Made by a program: the position numbers and the translations under genes
Notes under the pieces: model-generated
Told to the model about the DNA's origin: nothing
The model's database searches: none
What the model saw: the letters and a program-made list of their open reading frames with translations, nothing else
Assembly (NCBI GenBank): GCA_016192455.1
Contig: JACPUC010000011.1
Span: forward strand, 124,001 to 188,000
From: Candidatus Tectimicrobiota bacterium
GTDB taxonomy: Bacteria; JACPUC01
Reading direction: 5' to 3'
Length of the DNA stretch: 64,000 nucleotides
Part shown: positions 29,267-39,437 of the stretch, one piece after another
How the letters are laid out: the number at the start of each line of letters is the position of its first letter
Numbering within the stretch: position 1 is the stretch's first letter

Positions 29267-30037
29267 TTAGACGCCCATGATATGGTAGCCGCCATCGACG
29301 TGCAGGACCTCGCCGGTGATGGCGCTGCTGGCGTCGCTGAGCAGGAAGGCGGCGGTGCTCGCCAGCTCCTCGGGGCTGGCGGAGCGTCCCAGGGGGGCGC
29401 GCTCGCTGATCTGCTTGTGCATCGTATCGAAACCCTTCACGCCGCGCGCCGAGAGCGTCTTCACCGGGCCGGCGGAGATGGCGTTGACGCGGATGTTTCG
29501 CGGCCCGAGGTTCCAGGCCAGGTAGCGCACGTTCGCCTCGAGGGCCGCCTTGGCCACGCCCATGACGTTGTAGTTCGGCACCACGCGCTCGCCGCCGATG
29601 TAGGTGAGGGTGATGATGCTCCCCCCCGCGGTCATCAGCGGCGCGGCGGCGCGCGCCACCCCCAGCAGGGTGTAGGCGCTGATGTTCTGCGCCAGCAGGT
29701 AGCCGTCGCGCGAGGTGTTCACGAAGTCGCCTTGCAGGTCCTCGCCGCGGGCGAAGGCGACGCTGTGGACGAGGAAGTGCAGCGTGCCCCCCAGCTCGGC
29801 GCCGGCGGCCGCGAAGAACTCCGCGATCTGCGCGTCGCTGGTCAGGTCGCAGCAGCGCGCGCTGAGCTGCCGGCCCGGCTCGAGCAGGGCCTCGAGCTTG
29901 CGCCCCTCCCGCTCGCTGAGCACGCCGGCCACGATCCGCGCCCCCTCGTCGAGCAGGCGCTTGGTGATCGCCCAGGCGATGCTGTACTTGTTGGCGATGC
30001 CGAAAACGACGCCCTGCTTGCCGTCGAACATGCCCAT
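29267..30037 (-). CDS. fabI: Enoyl-ACP reductase FabI
   Basis: GIANKYSIAW, LVHSVAFA, YNVMGVAKAALE, NAISAGPVKTL, ITGEVLHVDGG. Confidence 0.96.
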   Translation of the reverse strand: MGMFDGKQGVVFGIANKYSIAWAITKRLLDEGARIVAGVLSEREGRKLEALLEPGRQLSARCCDLTSDAQIAEFFAAAGAELGGTLHFLVHSVAFARGEDLQGDFVNTSRDGYLLAQNISAYTLLGVARAAAPLMTAGGSIITLTYIGGERVVPNYNVMGVAKAALEANVRYLAWNLGPRNIRVNAISAGPVKTLSARGVKGFDTMHKQISERAPLGRSASPEELASTAAFLLSDASSAITGEVLHVDGGYHIMGV

Positions 30038-30146
30038 AGTCTGCCTGCCGCTCCTTCCCCGCCGCGCGCTCACGAAGTCATGACGCCTCCCCGGGCGGCG
30101 CTTCCCCGGCCTCTCGAACCTCCTCCCTTGAACCTCGCTCCCCCCT

Positions 30147-30404
30147 CTACCGAAAGAGGATGTACCACAGCAGGTTGAGGAGCGCGGCTCCCAGCGCCAG
30201 CAACCCCACCACCGTCACGCAGCCGATGAGGACGCCGCGCAGGATCTTCAGGCGGCTGACGGCGCCCGGCTCGGTCGGTGGTTCCTGGGGCGGCGCCGGA
30301 GGAGCCAGAGTCACGGGAGGAGCCGGCGGCGCGCCGCGATTGTCCGGCGGCCGGACACCCTCGCCGGGCTTGCGCGGCGGACGCGGCTTGCCGTTCTCCT
30401 CCAC
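30147..30404 (-). CDS. Small Pro-rich membrane protein
   Basis: Pro-rich N-terminus and a C-terminal hydrophobic helix; GGAG upstream; co-oriented with fabI. Confidence 0.5.
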   Translation of the reverse strand: MEENGKPRPPRKPGEGVRPPDNRGAPPAPPVTLAPPAPPQEPPTEPGAVSRLKILRGVLIGCVTVVGLLALGAALLNLLWYILFR

Positions 30405-30667
30405 GGCGTCTCCCCTCTCTCCTCCTGCCGGCCAGCAGATAAGGGGTAGCAGAACAGGGTAGGCAGGTCAATCGCCCTCGGCGGCCGCGCCCGCAGACCT
30501 GACGGTGGCCCGCGGCTGGCCGCTCGCACGCGCTCACGGCGCGCCTCTCGCTGGTTTCCCCCAGGCCCGCGCCGGCGAACCGTTGCCAGCGTTCACACCC
30601 GTGGGTAGAATTCCCCCCAGCAGACTCACGCCGACGGCGGCACACTACCCACTCGGAGGGGACGGCC

Positions 30668-32110
30668 ATGGCGTATGCAAGCTTACGGGAGTTTCTCCAG
30701 GCGCTCGAAGAGGCCGGTGAGCTGATCCAGGTCGACGAGGAGGTTGACTGGTACCTCGAGGTCGGCGCCTTCGCCCGCAGGATGGCGGATGTCTCGGGTG
30801 GCGCCCTCCTCTTCACGAATGTGAAGGACTACGGCCCCGGCCACCGGCTCTTCGTCAACAGCGTGGGGACGAAGCGCCGTTTCGCCATCGCCCTGGGTCT
30901 GCCGCCGGAGACGACCGAGGCCGAGGTGATCGAGGCCTTCGCCCAGCGCATCAAGCGCGGCATGCCGCCGAAAGAGGTCGCCACCGGCCCCTGCAAGGAG
31001 CACATCCGCCACGGCGAGGCGGTGGACGTGCTCGCCTTCCCCGCGCCGCACTGGAACGAGAAGGACGGCGGGCGCTACATCGGCACCTGGAACTCCATCG
31101 TCTTCCGCGACCCCGACAGCGACTGGGTGAATGTGGGACTCTACCGCAATGTCGTGCACACGCGCAACGAGGTGGGCATCCTGCCGCTGCCGGCGAAGCA
31201 CTTCGTGCGCGTCATGAAGAAATACCACGACGCGGGCCGGGCCATGCCGATCGCCATCGCCATGGGGGCGGAGCCGATCCTGCCGATCGTGGCGGCGACG
31301 CCCTTCGAGTACGGCGTCAATGAGTACGACATGGCCGGGGCGCTGCGCCAGGCCCCCCTCGAGGTAGTGCGCTGCGAGACCAGCGACCTCCTGGTGCCGG
31401 CGACCTCCGAGATCGTCCTCGAGGGCCACGTGAACCCCGGCGAGCTGCGCGACGAAGGCCCCTTCGGGGAGTTCACCGGCTACTACGGCGGCGCGCGGGC
31501 GCCGCGGCCAGTGGTGCGTATCGACTGCGTGACGCATCGCGACGACCCCATCCTCACCGGCAGCTTCGAGGGCAAGCCGGTGGTGGAGGACCACCTGCAG
31601 GGCACCGTCGCCTACAGCGCCCTGCTGAAGAACCGCCTCGACGACCTCGGCCTGGCGGTGCGGGGAGTCTACACCGATCCCTGGAGCCTCACCTTCATCG
31701 TCGTCGTCTCCCTGAAGCCGCAGTTCATGGGCCACACCTTCCAGGTCGCCTCGGCCATCTGGAGCTGCCGCCTCGGCGTCAAGGTGAACTGGGTGATCAC
31801 CGTCGACGAGGACATCGACCCCACCAACCTGCACGAGGTCTGGTGGGCCATCAGCACCCGCTGCAAGGGCGACCGCGACATCTTCATCAAGGGCCACGAC
31901 TACGGCCATCCCCTGCACCCCTGCCTGACGCCGGAGGAGCGCAAGCAAGGCATCGGCTTCAAGGTGCACCTCGACGCCTGCTGGCCCGCCAATTGGCCGC
32001 GCGACGACACCTGGCGCCCGCCGGTGTGCGACTGGCACTCCTTCCCCGAAGAGGTGCGCGCGCGGGTGCTGGCGAAGCTGGAGAGGCTGCGGGGGGGTAG
32101 GGGGGAATGA
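30668..32110 (+). CDS. UbiD-family prFMN-dependent (de)carboxylase (second, divergent copy)
   Basis: SLREFLQALEEAGEL, DGGRYIGT, NVGLYR, SEIVLEG, EGPFGEFTGYY, VDEDIDP..L.EVWWAISTR. Confidence 0.93.
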   Translation: MAYASLREFLQALEEAGELIQVDEEVDWYLEVGAFARRMADVSGGALLFTNVKDYGPGHRLFVNSVGTKRRFAIALGLPPETTEAEVIEAFAQRIKRGMPPKEVATGPCKEHIRHGEAVDVLAFPAPHWNEKDGGRYIGTWNSIVFRDPDSDWVNVGLYRNVVHTRNEVGILPLPAKHFVRVMKKYHDAGRAMPIAIAMGAEPILPIVAATPFEYGVNEYDMAGALRQAPLEVVRCETSDLLVPATSEIVLEGHVNPGELRDEGPFGEFTGYYGGARAPRPVVRIDCVTHRDDPILTGSFEGKPVVEDHLQGTVAYSALLKNRLDDLGLAVRGVYTDPWSLTFIVVVSLKPQFMGHTFQVASAIWSCRLGVKVNWVITVDEDIDPTNLHEVWWAISTRCKGDRDIFIKGHDYGHPLHPCLTPEERKQGIGFKVHLDACWPANWPRDDTWRPPVCDWHSFPEEVRARVLAKLERLRGGRGE

Positions 32111-32461
32111 AAGAAAACATTAAAGAACGTGGCGATGGTATAAAGAAGACAGCCGGCGCGTATCTTACTTAAATTGAGCGATTCCTGCGCAAAGGTGGTA
32201 GCGAGTCGCTTGCGCGGTGACGTGGCAGCGAGTGCCGGTGCGTGAGGATGCGATGCTTCGCCTTCTAAGGAGTCCCCTTGTCCCGCGGGGAACTGCCGAG
32301 AGGGAGAGTTGACCGCGCTGCCGTGGTGCGAGGCAGACCACTCCCTCTGGAGGCTCCTGGATCGTGGCTGTGGGCTGCGCCGCGGGCTACGCCGTCCAGG
32401 CGAAGCGGGACAGTCAGCCGGTGCGTCGCCCCAAAGGTCGGCGAGGCGCAGGCGCTGCCAG

Positions 32462-32622
32462 ACCTGCCTGTGCGTTGCACGCAGACAGGTAGCGCGTGAA
32501 GAGGGCGAGGTCCCCCCGACTGGTCCAAGTGTCCACGGTGATCTGTACGTCGTCGATACGCGGCGCTTCAGACTTGCGGCGGTAGGCGATTCGTGCTATG
32601 CTCAAACTTTGCACAACCTGAG
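32462..32622 (-). mobile_element. Possible 5' remnant of an IS transposase (IS1380-like), truncated at a small hairpin element
   Basis: IDDVQITVDTWTSRGDLALFTRYL resembles the LTSRGGLxLFxxY start of IS1380-type transposases (from recall); ends at imperfect palindrome ACCTGCCTGTGCGTTGCACGCAGACAGGT (32462-90). Confidence 0.35.
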
Positions 32623-32653
32623 TTGTCGTAAGCGCCTTTAGATCAAATAGCTA

Positions 32654-33694
32654 ATGCCTCACGATTTGAGGAATGAAGTAATGCAAGTTTCAACAGTCCT
32701 TGGAATTCTAGGGATAATAGTGTCATCGTTATTTGGCTTATGGGGAGTTTATACAACTATTATCCAACGTCGTTATCCAGGACGCATCACGTTTATAATA
32801 GAAGATATTATCGGGCTTTTTGATACCATCGTCAAGAATCTACCAGAATTAAGGATACTTTATAATGAGGCACCGGTAACACCTAGTCTAGTCTTCTTAA
32901 AAGCCGCCATGCTAAATAGAGGGAAAAAGGATATAGATGCATCAATGGTAGAAACACCTATTACATTATATTTGCCCGAACATTATAGGTGGCTAACTTC
33001 ACGAGTCGTATCAACATCACATGATGTTAATGCGGATGTTGATATCAAGGATGAGCGTTCGCTTCAAGTTATTATAAGTGGCCTCTTTAGAGTTGGTGAA
33101 TATATCCGCATCGAAATACTGGCAGAAGTTCCACCAGGTAATGAATTAAGTGGAGATAGTCAAGTTTCAATGAGCAACAAACTACAGAATGCTATAACAT
33201 TGCAACATAGAATCCCAGACACTCGTATGATTGAAGTTAGGGACCTGGAATTCCGAGGTGTAGGGGCAAGGAAACTCAAAAGGGTGATGCCATTATTTGC
33301 TATCGTTATCTTGCTAGCCTTTCTTTTTGCCAGCAAGCTTCTCCCTGAAGACTTCCCAGCAGAATTAGTCTATGATTATCAGACAGAGAATGGTCAAGTC
33401 ATCAAAGTTGCGATTAGCCCTAAATCGGACAACACTGTAAAGCTGAGAGGATTAGAGGAGCGCTTCAATGCTGTGCTTCCTGTAGAACAATTCATAGAAT
33501 TGTCTAGGATCAATAAGCGTGTTCGTGTCGATACAGTTAATAAATATCTAGCGAGGTTTTTGTTTGCTATTTTTGTAGCTATGCCAATGATGCTACTTAC
33601 TTCTTTATACTATAGCGAGTTCTGGGAAAAGAGGAAAATTAGAAAACTGCTGGAGTTAAGACAACATAGTTCCGTACGGGCATCTCATCCTTGA
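32654..33694 (+). CDS. AT-rich hypothetical membrane protein (about 3 TM segments)
   Basis: 346-aa ORF in strongly AT-rich DNA; hydrophobic segments at the N-terminus, ~aa 212-228 and ~aa 300-320; start may be ATG 32681. Confidence 0.75.
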   Translation: MPHDLRNEVMQVSTVLGILGIIVSSLFGLWGVYTTIIQRRYPGRITFIIEDIIGLFDTIVKNLPELRILYNEAPVTPSLVFLKAAMLNRGKKDIDASMVETPITLYLPEHYRWLTSRVVSTSHDVNADVDIKDERSLQVIISGLFRVGEYIRIEILAEVPPGNELSGDSQVSMSNKLQNAITLQHRIPDTRMIEVRDLEFRGVGARKLKRVMPLFAIVILLAFLFASKLLPEDFPAELVYDYQTENGQVIKVAISPKSDNTVKLRGLEERFNAVLPVEQFIELSRINKRVRVDTVNKYLARFLFAIFVAMPMMLLTSLYYSEFWEKRKIRKLLELRQHSSVRASHP

Positions 33695-33928
33695 GCCCGA
33701 TGCCCCCCCCTACCGAACCTTCTCCCGCGCCTCGTTCTTGAGTTGAGGGCCTGGTCCTACATGCCGCCGGGGCGGAACTTGCGCAGCTTCATGTCGCCGG
33801 AGAGGCGCGGGGAGCGAGGATCATCCCCAGGGTGTCGCCCCCGCGATGGCGGGAGAGAGCGGGCGCGGACCTGCTCGCGCTCGCGCCAGCGCCGCTGCGT
33901 TTTGGGGTGGAGCCCGCCGGTCGGGTGG

Positions 33929-35269
33929 CTAGCGTTCGAAGAACGCCTCCACCACCTCGCGTCCCACCTGGTGCGCCTTCACCCGCCAACTGAGCGGGTC
34001 GACCACCATGGCGGCGATGGCGATCTTCGGCTTCCGCAGGGGGGCGAGGCCGACGAACCAGCTATACTTGCCGCGGGGATCGTTGCCGCGCAGGGTGCCG
34101 GTCTTCCCCCCCACCTGCACCGGCAAGAGGGGCTTGCCATTGCGGCTGAAGGCGGCGCGCAGGGTGCCGTCCAGCACCGACTCGAACATCATCTCGCGGA
34201 TGTCGCCGGAGGTGACGCCGCTGATGGGATGGCCGACGGCGTCCGGGCGGGCCCGGTAGAGGAGGGTGTCGTTGGCGTCGTGGATGCTGCTGACGATGTA
34301 GGGGGCCATCATGATGCCGTCATTGCCGATGGTTGCCGCCAGAAGGGCCGCGTGCAGGGGGCTGATGGTGGTCTCGCGCCAGAGCCCGGCGCCGATGCGC
34401 GCCAGCGTCAGGGGATCGTCGGCGATGACGAGATTACTGCGCTCAACCGGGTAGTCGAAGCGCAGCTTCTGGTTGAACCCGAAGGCCTGCGCATATTGCT
34501 TCAGGAGGAACGGCCCCACGTAGCGGAAGGCAATGGCGCCGAAGACGGGGTTGTTCGACTTGGCGAAGGCGCGAGAGAGGGAGATGTGCTTCGGGAGGTA
34601 GCGGGGGTTCTGTTCCAGCTCGCGGCGGCTGATGTTGAACTGGCTGCCGCGGTAGTAGAAGCGCGAGTCGGCATCGAGGCTGTCGTTCGCTTCAAGCGCC
34701 GCGGCCAAGGTGATGATCTTGAACAACGACGCCGCGGGGTAGCTGGCTTGCAGAGCCAGATGGTGGCGTTGCGGCTCCCGGGAGCGGTTCTGCTCGACCA
34801 TCGCCAGCACCTTGCCCGTCGCCGGCTCGAGCACCACAATGGCGCCGAAGGAGAAGCGGTTCCGGTTGTCGTGGAAGAAGTTCTCCAAGCGCTGCTGCAG
34901 CCACGGCAGGAGGGTGAAGTTCAGCTTCAGTCCCTCGCTCGTGGTGAGGGTGAACCTGCCATTCTCAATGGTGTCGAAGCGCAGGTACTCTTCCCGCAAG
35001 TCCAATCCAAGTCGGTGCTCGAGCTTGCCATTGCCGTTGAGACCGGCGAGCTGCGTCAGCCGCAAGGCTTCGTGGGCTGGGGTCTCGACTTCCCGCGCGA
35101 GCGGCGAGGATGTCACATCGGAGGGAGGCGGCGTTTCGCGTGACGCGGCGGAGGCGGCGCCGAACCAGAACACCATTGCCACGGCCAGAGGGAGCACTAG
35201 GGAGCGTGCGGTTCCACAGCGGATTCGGCCCCCCGTCGCCTGCGCCCGGAGTGTTGCTCGTCGATTCAT
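33929..35269 (-). CDS. Penicillin-binding protein, transpeptidase-only (PbpA-like)
   Basis: SxxK (AASLFK), SxN (AKSNN), KTG (GGKTGT) all intact; N-terminal hydrophobic anchor/signal; AAGGAG RBS before ATG 35269. Confidence 0.9.
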   Translation of the reverse strand: MNRRATLRAQATGGRIRCGTARSLVLPLAVAMVFWFGAASAASRETPPPSDVTSSPLAREVETPAHEALRLTQLAGLNGNGKLEHRLGLDLREEYLRFDTIENGRFTLTTSEGLKLNFTLLPWLQQRLENFFHDNRNRFSFGAIVVLEPATGKVLAMVEQNRSREPQRHHLALQASYPAASLFKIITLAAALEANDSLDADSRFYYRGSQFNISRRELEQNPRYLPKHISLSRAFAKSNNPVFGAIAFRYVGPFLLKQYAQAFGFNQKLRFDYPVERSNLVIADDPLTLARIGAGLWRETTISPLHAALLAATIGNDGIMMAPYIVSSIHDANDTLLYRARPDAVGHPISGVTSGDIREMMFESVLDGTLRAAFSRNGKPLLPVQVGGKTGTLRGNDPRGKYSWFVGLAPLRKPKIAIAAMVVDPLSWRVKAHQVGREVVEAFFER

Positions 35270-35386
35270 CCCCGCTCCTTCTAGCAGATGGCTTTGCGCG
35301 CGGTGCGGTCCCACTCCTTCGTGTTCTTCGGAGTGAAATTCAACCAATTTCTAGATATCCATGTGCATCTTCTTGGTTTTACAGGA

Positions 35387-35415
35387 AAGGTACATGAAGT
35401 TGAAAAATATGTCAA
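35387..35415 (-). promoter_or_regulatory. sigma70 promoter for the PBP gene
   Basis: Minus strand TTGACA-17 bp-TACCTT. Confidence 0.55.
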
Positions 35416-35528
35416 GCAGATTTCTGCGGCCTGCCGCTGGCCGATCCCGGCTGGCGCGGCCGAGCACCTGGACGCGCGCCTGCCGCGGCGCCCGTGCGGC
35501 GAGCACCTCACCGCCCCCCGAGCTCTGC

Positions 35529-35557
35529 TTGACCTTCTGGGAATAGCGCGCTATAGT
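35529..35557 (+). promoter_or_regulatory. sigma70 promoter for the amidase-GerMN-rph-rdgB transcript or leader RNA
   Basis: TTGACC-17 bp-TATAGT. Confidence 0.6.
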
Positions 35558-35584
35558 ACAACTTTCCAAGGACTTCTGGCAACT

Positions 35585-35733
35585 GCCCGGGAGCAGCGTG
35601 GGTCGCTTGAGGCGGAGCATCAGGCGCGCCGATGGGTGTTCCCCTCTTTTCCTGGCCAGGAACCGGCAGGAAAAGCAAACCCCTCCCGGAGGCACAGGCG
35701 CGGTGGCCGGCTCCCGTCGGGCGCTTCCTGGGC
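35585..35733 (+). ncRNA. Candidate structured leader or small RNA (unassigned family)
   Basis: Nested imperfect pairings 35585-94/35723-33 and 35627-36/35713-23, plus CTTTTCCTG 35646-54/CAGGAAAAG 35667-75, directly downstream of a consensus-like promoter. Confidence 0.35.
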
Positions 35734-35895
35734 GTGATTCATAGCAACGCGCATACCCTTCTCCCTCTCTGTTGAAGCCGAGAGACGAGCGCTGCCACTA
35801 CGCCTGTTCCCGCGCCGCAACGAGCCTCATGTCCCGGAACCAGCCGCGCGAAGGTGTAGTGCGCGGAGAGCGCTCCGCCTGTCTGCCTGCGCCGG

Positions 35896-36981
35896 GTGGT
35901 TGTGGCCCGCGAGTCAGCAAACGCGTCGCCAGATGCTCGGGAGACTGTGTTGAAAGGCTTACCGTCAGCAGTTCGACGATCGGCGTCACAAACTCGACCG
36001 CGCGGCGGCGTGGCGGCCTCCTTCCTCGCCTTCCTGGCGTTTGCCTTCCTTGTGGCGCCGGTGAGCGCCCAACCGGCGCCCCAACCGAGTCTCCAGTCTG
36101 CTTCCCAGCCCGCGGCAGGGAGCGCCTCCGCCGCAACGGGAGGGACAGCCCCTCCGCCGCCTCAGACACCCGTTCCCGCGGGGGAACCGCCCCGCCAGGG
36201 TCCTCAGCCGGCACTGGCCCCGCCCGCCGAGACCCCCGGCGGCTTGCCCGCGAGCGGCGAGCCAGAGGCCACACCGGCGGTGATCCGACGGACCTCGGGG
36301 GAGCCGCTGCCGCTGGCCACCATCGTTCTCGATCCCGGCCATGGGGGGAGTGATGCGGGGATCATCGGCCCCGGCGGAACCCGTGAGAAGAATGTGGCGC
36401 TGCAACTGGCGAGGGAGATGCAACGAGAGTTACAAGGCCGCTTTGGACTACGGGTGGTGCTGACGCGCGAGGGTGACTATGCGATGGCGGAGCAGGAGCG
36501 CGTGGCGCGCGCCAACAGCCTGCATGCTTCCCTCTACCTGAGTCTCCACATGAAGGGGGGCCGCAGCACCAACGTGCAGGGAACCGACCTCATCGTGGCG
36601 CCGCCGCCCGAGGCGGTCAGTCCCGCCTCCTCCGGCGGCGCGGCCTCGAAGACGGGCGGTACGATCGAGGTGAAGGTGCGCGGCGAGGTGCTCCGTTTGC
36701 AGTCCTGGGAGCTGCTGCCGGCATCGGCGGCCGCCGTGAGCCGACGGCTGGCGGCTTCCCTGGCGGAAGCTTTTCGAGCCGCCAACCCGTTCTACCCGGT
36801 GCGCCTCCTGGAGCTGCCGGTGGCGCAGCTCGTGGGCCTGCAGGCGCCTGCCGTGCTGGTGGAGGCGGCGCCCCTCGTCAACCCTGCCGAAGAGGTGAAG
36901 CTGCAGAACGCGGAATTCCTCCGCGAGCTGGCAAGGATTCTCGCGACAGGGATCGTGCAGATTTTGGGACCTGCATCGTAG
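35896..36981 (+). CDS. N-acetylmuramoyl-L-alanine amidase (Amidase_3)
   Basis: IVLDPGHGG, REKNVAL, LSLH, PAVLVE (Zn ligands and catalytic Glu present); signal peptide and Pro-rich linker; true start probably downstream of 35896. Confidence 0.88.
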   Translation: MVVARESANASPDARETVLKGLPSAVRRSASQTRPRGGVAASFLAFLAFAFLVAPVSAQPAPQPSLQSASQPAAGSASAATGGTAPPPPQTPVPAGEPPRQGPQPALAPPAETPGGLPASGEPEATPAVIRRTSGEPLPLATIVLDPGHGGSDAGIIGPGGTREKNVALQLAREMQRELQGRFGLRVVLTREGDYAMAEQERVARANSLHASLYLSLHMKGGRSTNVQGTDLIVAPPPEAVSPASSGGAASKTGGTIEVKVRGEVLRLQSWELLPASAAAVSRRLAASLAEAFRAANPFYPVRLLELPVAQLVGLQAPAVLVEAAPLVNPAEEVKLQNAEFLRELARILATGIVQILGPAS

Positions 36982-37069
36982 GTCGCTCTCCTGGGGGAAA
37001 CAGCGGCACGGGCAGCGCCGCCGAGAAAAGTGCGGGCGCGAGTGGAGGTCTGGGGGAGTGGAGCCTCGA

Positions 37070-37903
37070 ATGCGCGGCAGGCTTTTCGGCACGCCGAGCG
37101 GAACACAGGCGTTGCCAGGCGCCCTGGAGAGCGCGGCCGGTTCGGCGCAGCTCTTCCTTCTCTTCCTGGTGGTGCTGGCCTTGGCAAGCAGCGTCGGCTT
37201 CTTCGGCTACCTCAAGCGTGATGAAGTGACGCGGCTGCTGCGGCGCCTCAAACCGACGGCGCCGATCGAGTCGCCCGTCCCCAGAGCGCCGCAGACGTCC
37301 CCAACTCAGCCGGCCGCGCGGCTGCCCGCCACAGGCTTGCAGGCTGCGGCCGAGCCGGCGCCCGCCCTCGTGTGGTACCGCCCCGACAGCACTGGCGAGC
37401 AGCTCGCGCAGACGCAGGTGGCCCTGCCACCTGCCACAGCGGCGGAGGGGGAGCCGGGGGAAGACCCGCCGCGCTCCCGGCTTGAGCAGGTGCTGACGCT
37501 GCTCTTCCAGCCGAATCCTGAGGCAGGAGCGGCGGGCATCCCTGAGGGGACGCGCCTGGCGGCCTACTTCCTTACCCCTGACGGGACTCTCTACCTCGAT
37601 GTAAATGAAGCATTTCGCGCCCAACCCCAGGGGAGCTGGAGCGAGGCGGTCGGCGCGTACGCCGTCGTCAACACCTTGACGAGCAACTTCCCCGAGGTGC
37701 GGCGCGTACAGTTCCTCGTCGAGGGGAAACCGGCGACGACCCTGGCGGGGCACCTCGACCTGTCGCGCCCCCTCGGCGCGCGAGCCTTGACGCCGCTCCA
37801 GGTCGGCCCGCAGGCAACCCCCCAGCCCAATCTTCAACCCGCTCCCCAGCCCGGCGGCGACGCGGCGCCGGACGCCGGTTCTCCCTGGGAGGGCGGGGGA
37901 TAA
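37070..37903 (+). CDS. GerMN domain membrane protein
   Basis: TM anchor; IPEGTRL...LYLDV...YAVVNTLTSNFPEVRRVQFLVEG...TLAGHLDLSRPL. Confidence 0.9.
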   Translation: MRGRLFGTPSGTQALPGALESAAGSAQLFLLFLVVLALASSVGFFGYLKRDEVTRLLRRLKPTAPIESPVPRAPQTSPTQPAARLPATGLQAAAEPAPALVWYRPDSTGEQLAQTQVALPPATAAEGEPGEDPPRSRLEQVLTLLFQPNPEAGAAGIPEGTRLAAYFLTPDGTLYLDVNEAFRAQPQGSWSEAVGAYAVVNTLTSNFPEVRRVQFLVEGKPATTLAGHLDLSRPLGARALTPLQVGPQATPQPNLQPAPQPGGDAAPDAGSPWEGGG

Positions 37904-38023
37904 GCCCCCGGACGCCTTCCACCGCCGCGGCGGGGTGCCGGGCAGGCGCTACAGGTATGGGGCCCGGGGCGGCCTCCCGGCGCTGCCGCGCTGCATTGCA
38001 CCACAGAGAATAGAGGATGCCGC

Positions 38024-38749
38024 ATGAATCAGGCAGTGCGCATCGATGGGCGACGGTTCGACGAGCTTCGCCCGGTGACGATCGAGCGCGGCGTCAACAA
38101 GTACGCCGAGGGATCGGCCCTCATCAGCGTGGGCGACACCCGCGTCCTCTGCACCGCCAGCGTCGAGCCGGGGGTGCCGCAGTTCCTGCGCGACAGCGGC
38201 CTGGGCTGGGTGACGGGGGAGTACGCCATGCTGCCGCGCGCCGGCAACACCCGCAAGGTCCGCGAGCGCGGCCGCACCGACGGCCGGTCGCTGGAAATCC
38301 AGCGTCTCATCGGGCGCTCCCTGCGGGCCATCGTGAATCGGCGGCACCTCGGCGACCGCACCATCTGGCTCGATTGCGATGTGCTTCAGGCCGACGGCGG
38401 CACGCGCTGCGCCGCCATCACTGGAGCCTTCGTGGCGCTCTGCGAGGCGGTGAAGTTCCTCGAACGCGAGCGCTCCATCTGGGAGAAGGTGCTCCTGGAC
38501 CACGTGGCGGCGGTGAGCGTCGGCATCGTCAACGGCGAGCCCTGCCTCGACCTCAACTACTACGAGGACTCCAGCGCCCACGTGGACATGAATGTCGTCA
38601 TGACCGGCAAGGGCGCCTTCGTCGAGCTGCAGGGGACCTCCGAGCAGGCGCCCTTCCAGCGCCAGGAACTCGACAGCATGCTGGAGCTGGCGCAGCGCGG
38701 CATCGAGAAGCTGGTGGCGATGCAGAAACAGGCGCTGGGGGCGATGTGA
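38024..38749 (+). CDS. rph: Ribonuclease PH
   Basis: [61 protein letters not shown]. Confidence 0.98.
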   Translation: MNQAVRIDGRRFDELRPVTIERGVNKYAEGSALISVGDTRVLCTASVEPGVPQFLRDSGLGWVTGEYAMLPRAGNTRKVRERGRTDGRSLEIQRLIGRSLRAIVNRRHLGDRTIWLDCDVLQADGGTRCAAITGAFVALCEAVKFLERERSIWEKVLLDHVAAVSVGIVNGEPCLDLNYYEDSSAHVDMNVVMTGKGAFVELQGTSEQAPFQRQELDSMLELAQRGIEKLVAMQKQALGAM

Positions 38750-38750
38750 C

Positions 38751-39437
38751 GTGCCGCGCGCCGCGCCCCGCAGTCTTCTCCTTGCCACGCGCAACGCCGG
38801 CAAGGTGCGCGAGATGCGCGCCGCCCTGGCGGGCCTGGCCATCGACGTGAGCAGCCTGGCCGAGCTGGGGTCGCGGGTGGTTTTGCCGGAAGCGGGCCGC
38901 ACCTATGCCGAGAATGCCGCCGCCAAGGCCAGGGTTGCGGCGGAGACGACGCGGCTCGCAGCGCTGGCGGACGATTCAGGGCTGGAGGTGGACGACCTGG
39001 GCGGCGAGCCGGGCGTGCACACGGCGCGCTACTTCGGCGCCGACCTCAGCGATGCCGAGAAGGTGGCGCGGCTGCTGGCGCGCCTCGAGGGCTTGCCGCC
39101 GGAGCGGCGCGCGGCGCGATTTCGTTGCCTGATCGCCCTGGCCTGGCCGCGAGGGGAGGGGGGCGGAGAGGCGGCGGCGCCCGGCCGCGTCGAGCTCTTC
39201 GAAGGCGTCTGCGAGGGCGTCTTGGCGACGGAGGCGCGCGGCGCCGGCGGCTTCGGCTTCGATCCGGTTTTCATTCCCGCAGGGGAAAGCCTCACCTTCG
39301 CCCAGCTTCCCCCCGAGCGCAAGGCCGCCATCAGCCACCGGGCCCGGGCGCTGGCAAAGGTGCGCGCCTTCCTCGCCGGCCGGCCCGCCGGCGATCGCCC
39401 GCCAGGGCAGGGCAAAAGCGCCGCGGGAACGGCGTAA
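38751..39437 (+). CDS. rdgB: dITP/XTP pyrophosphatase (Ham1 family)
   Basis: LATRNAGKVRE, ENAAAKA, ADDSGL, PGVHTAR, GFGFDPVF, KAAISHR. Confidence 0.96.
   Translation: MPRAAPRSLLLATRNAGKVREMRAALAGLAIDVSSLAELGSRVVLPEAGRTYAENAAAKARVAAETTRLAALADDSGLEVDDLGGEPGVHTARYFGADLSDAEKVARLLARLEGLPPERRAARFRCLIALAWPRGEGGGEAAAPGRVELFEGVCEGVLATEARGAGGFGFDPVFIPAGESLTFAQLPPERKAAISHRARALAKVRAFLAGRPAGDRPPGQGKSAAGTA

Noticed and set aside
6689-31500. Long antisense ORFs (6689-9649, 11274-13085, 19331-21964, 24127-26610, 26896-29001 and others)
   Set aside because: Stop-poor shadow frames opposite clearly identifiable genes in high-GC DNA; Arg/Gly/His-rich with no motifs.
35578-35710. M-box or c-di-GMP-I riboswitch
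   Set aside because: Only fragments match (CTGCCC...CGCCGATGGGT; GCAAACC); the remaining conserved cores are absent. Kept as an unassigned candidate RNA.
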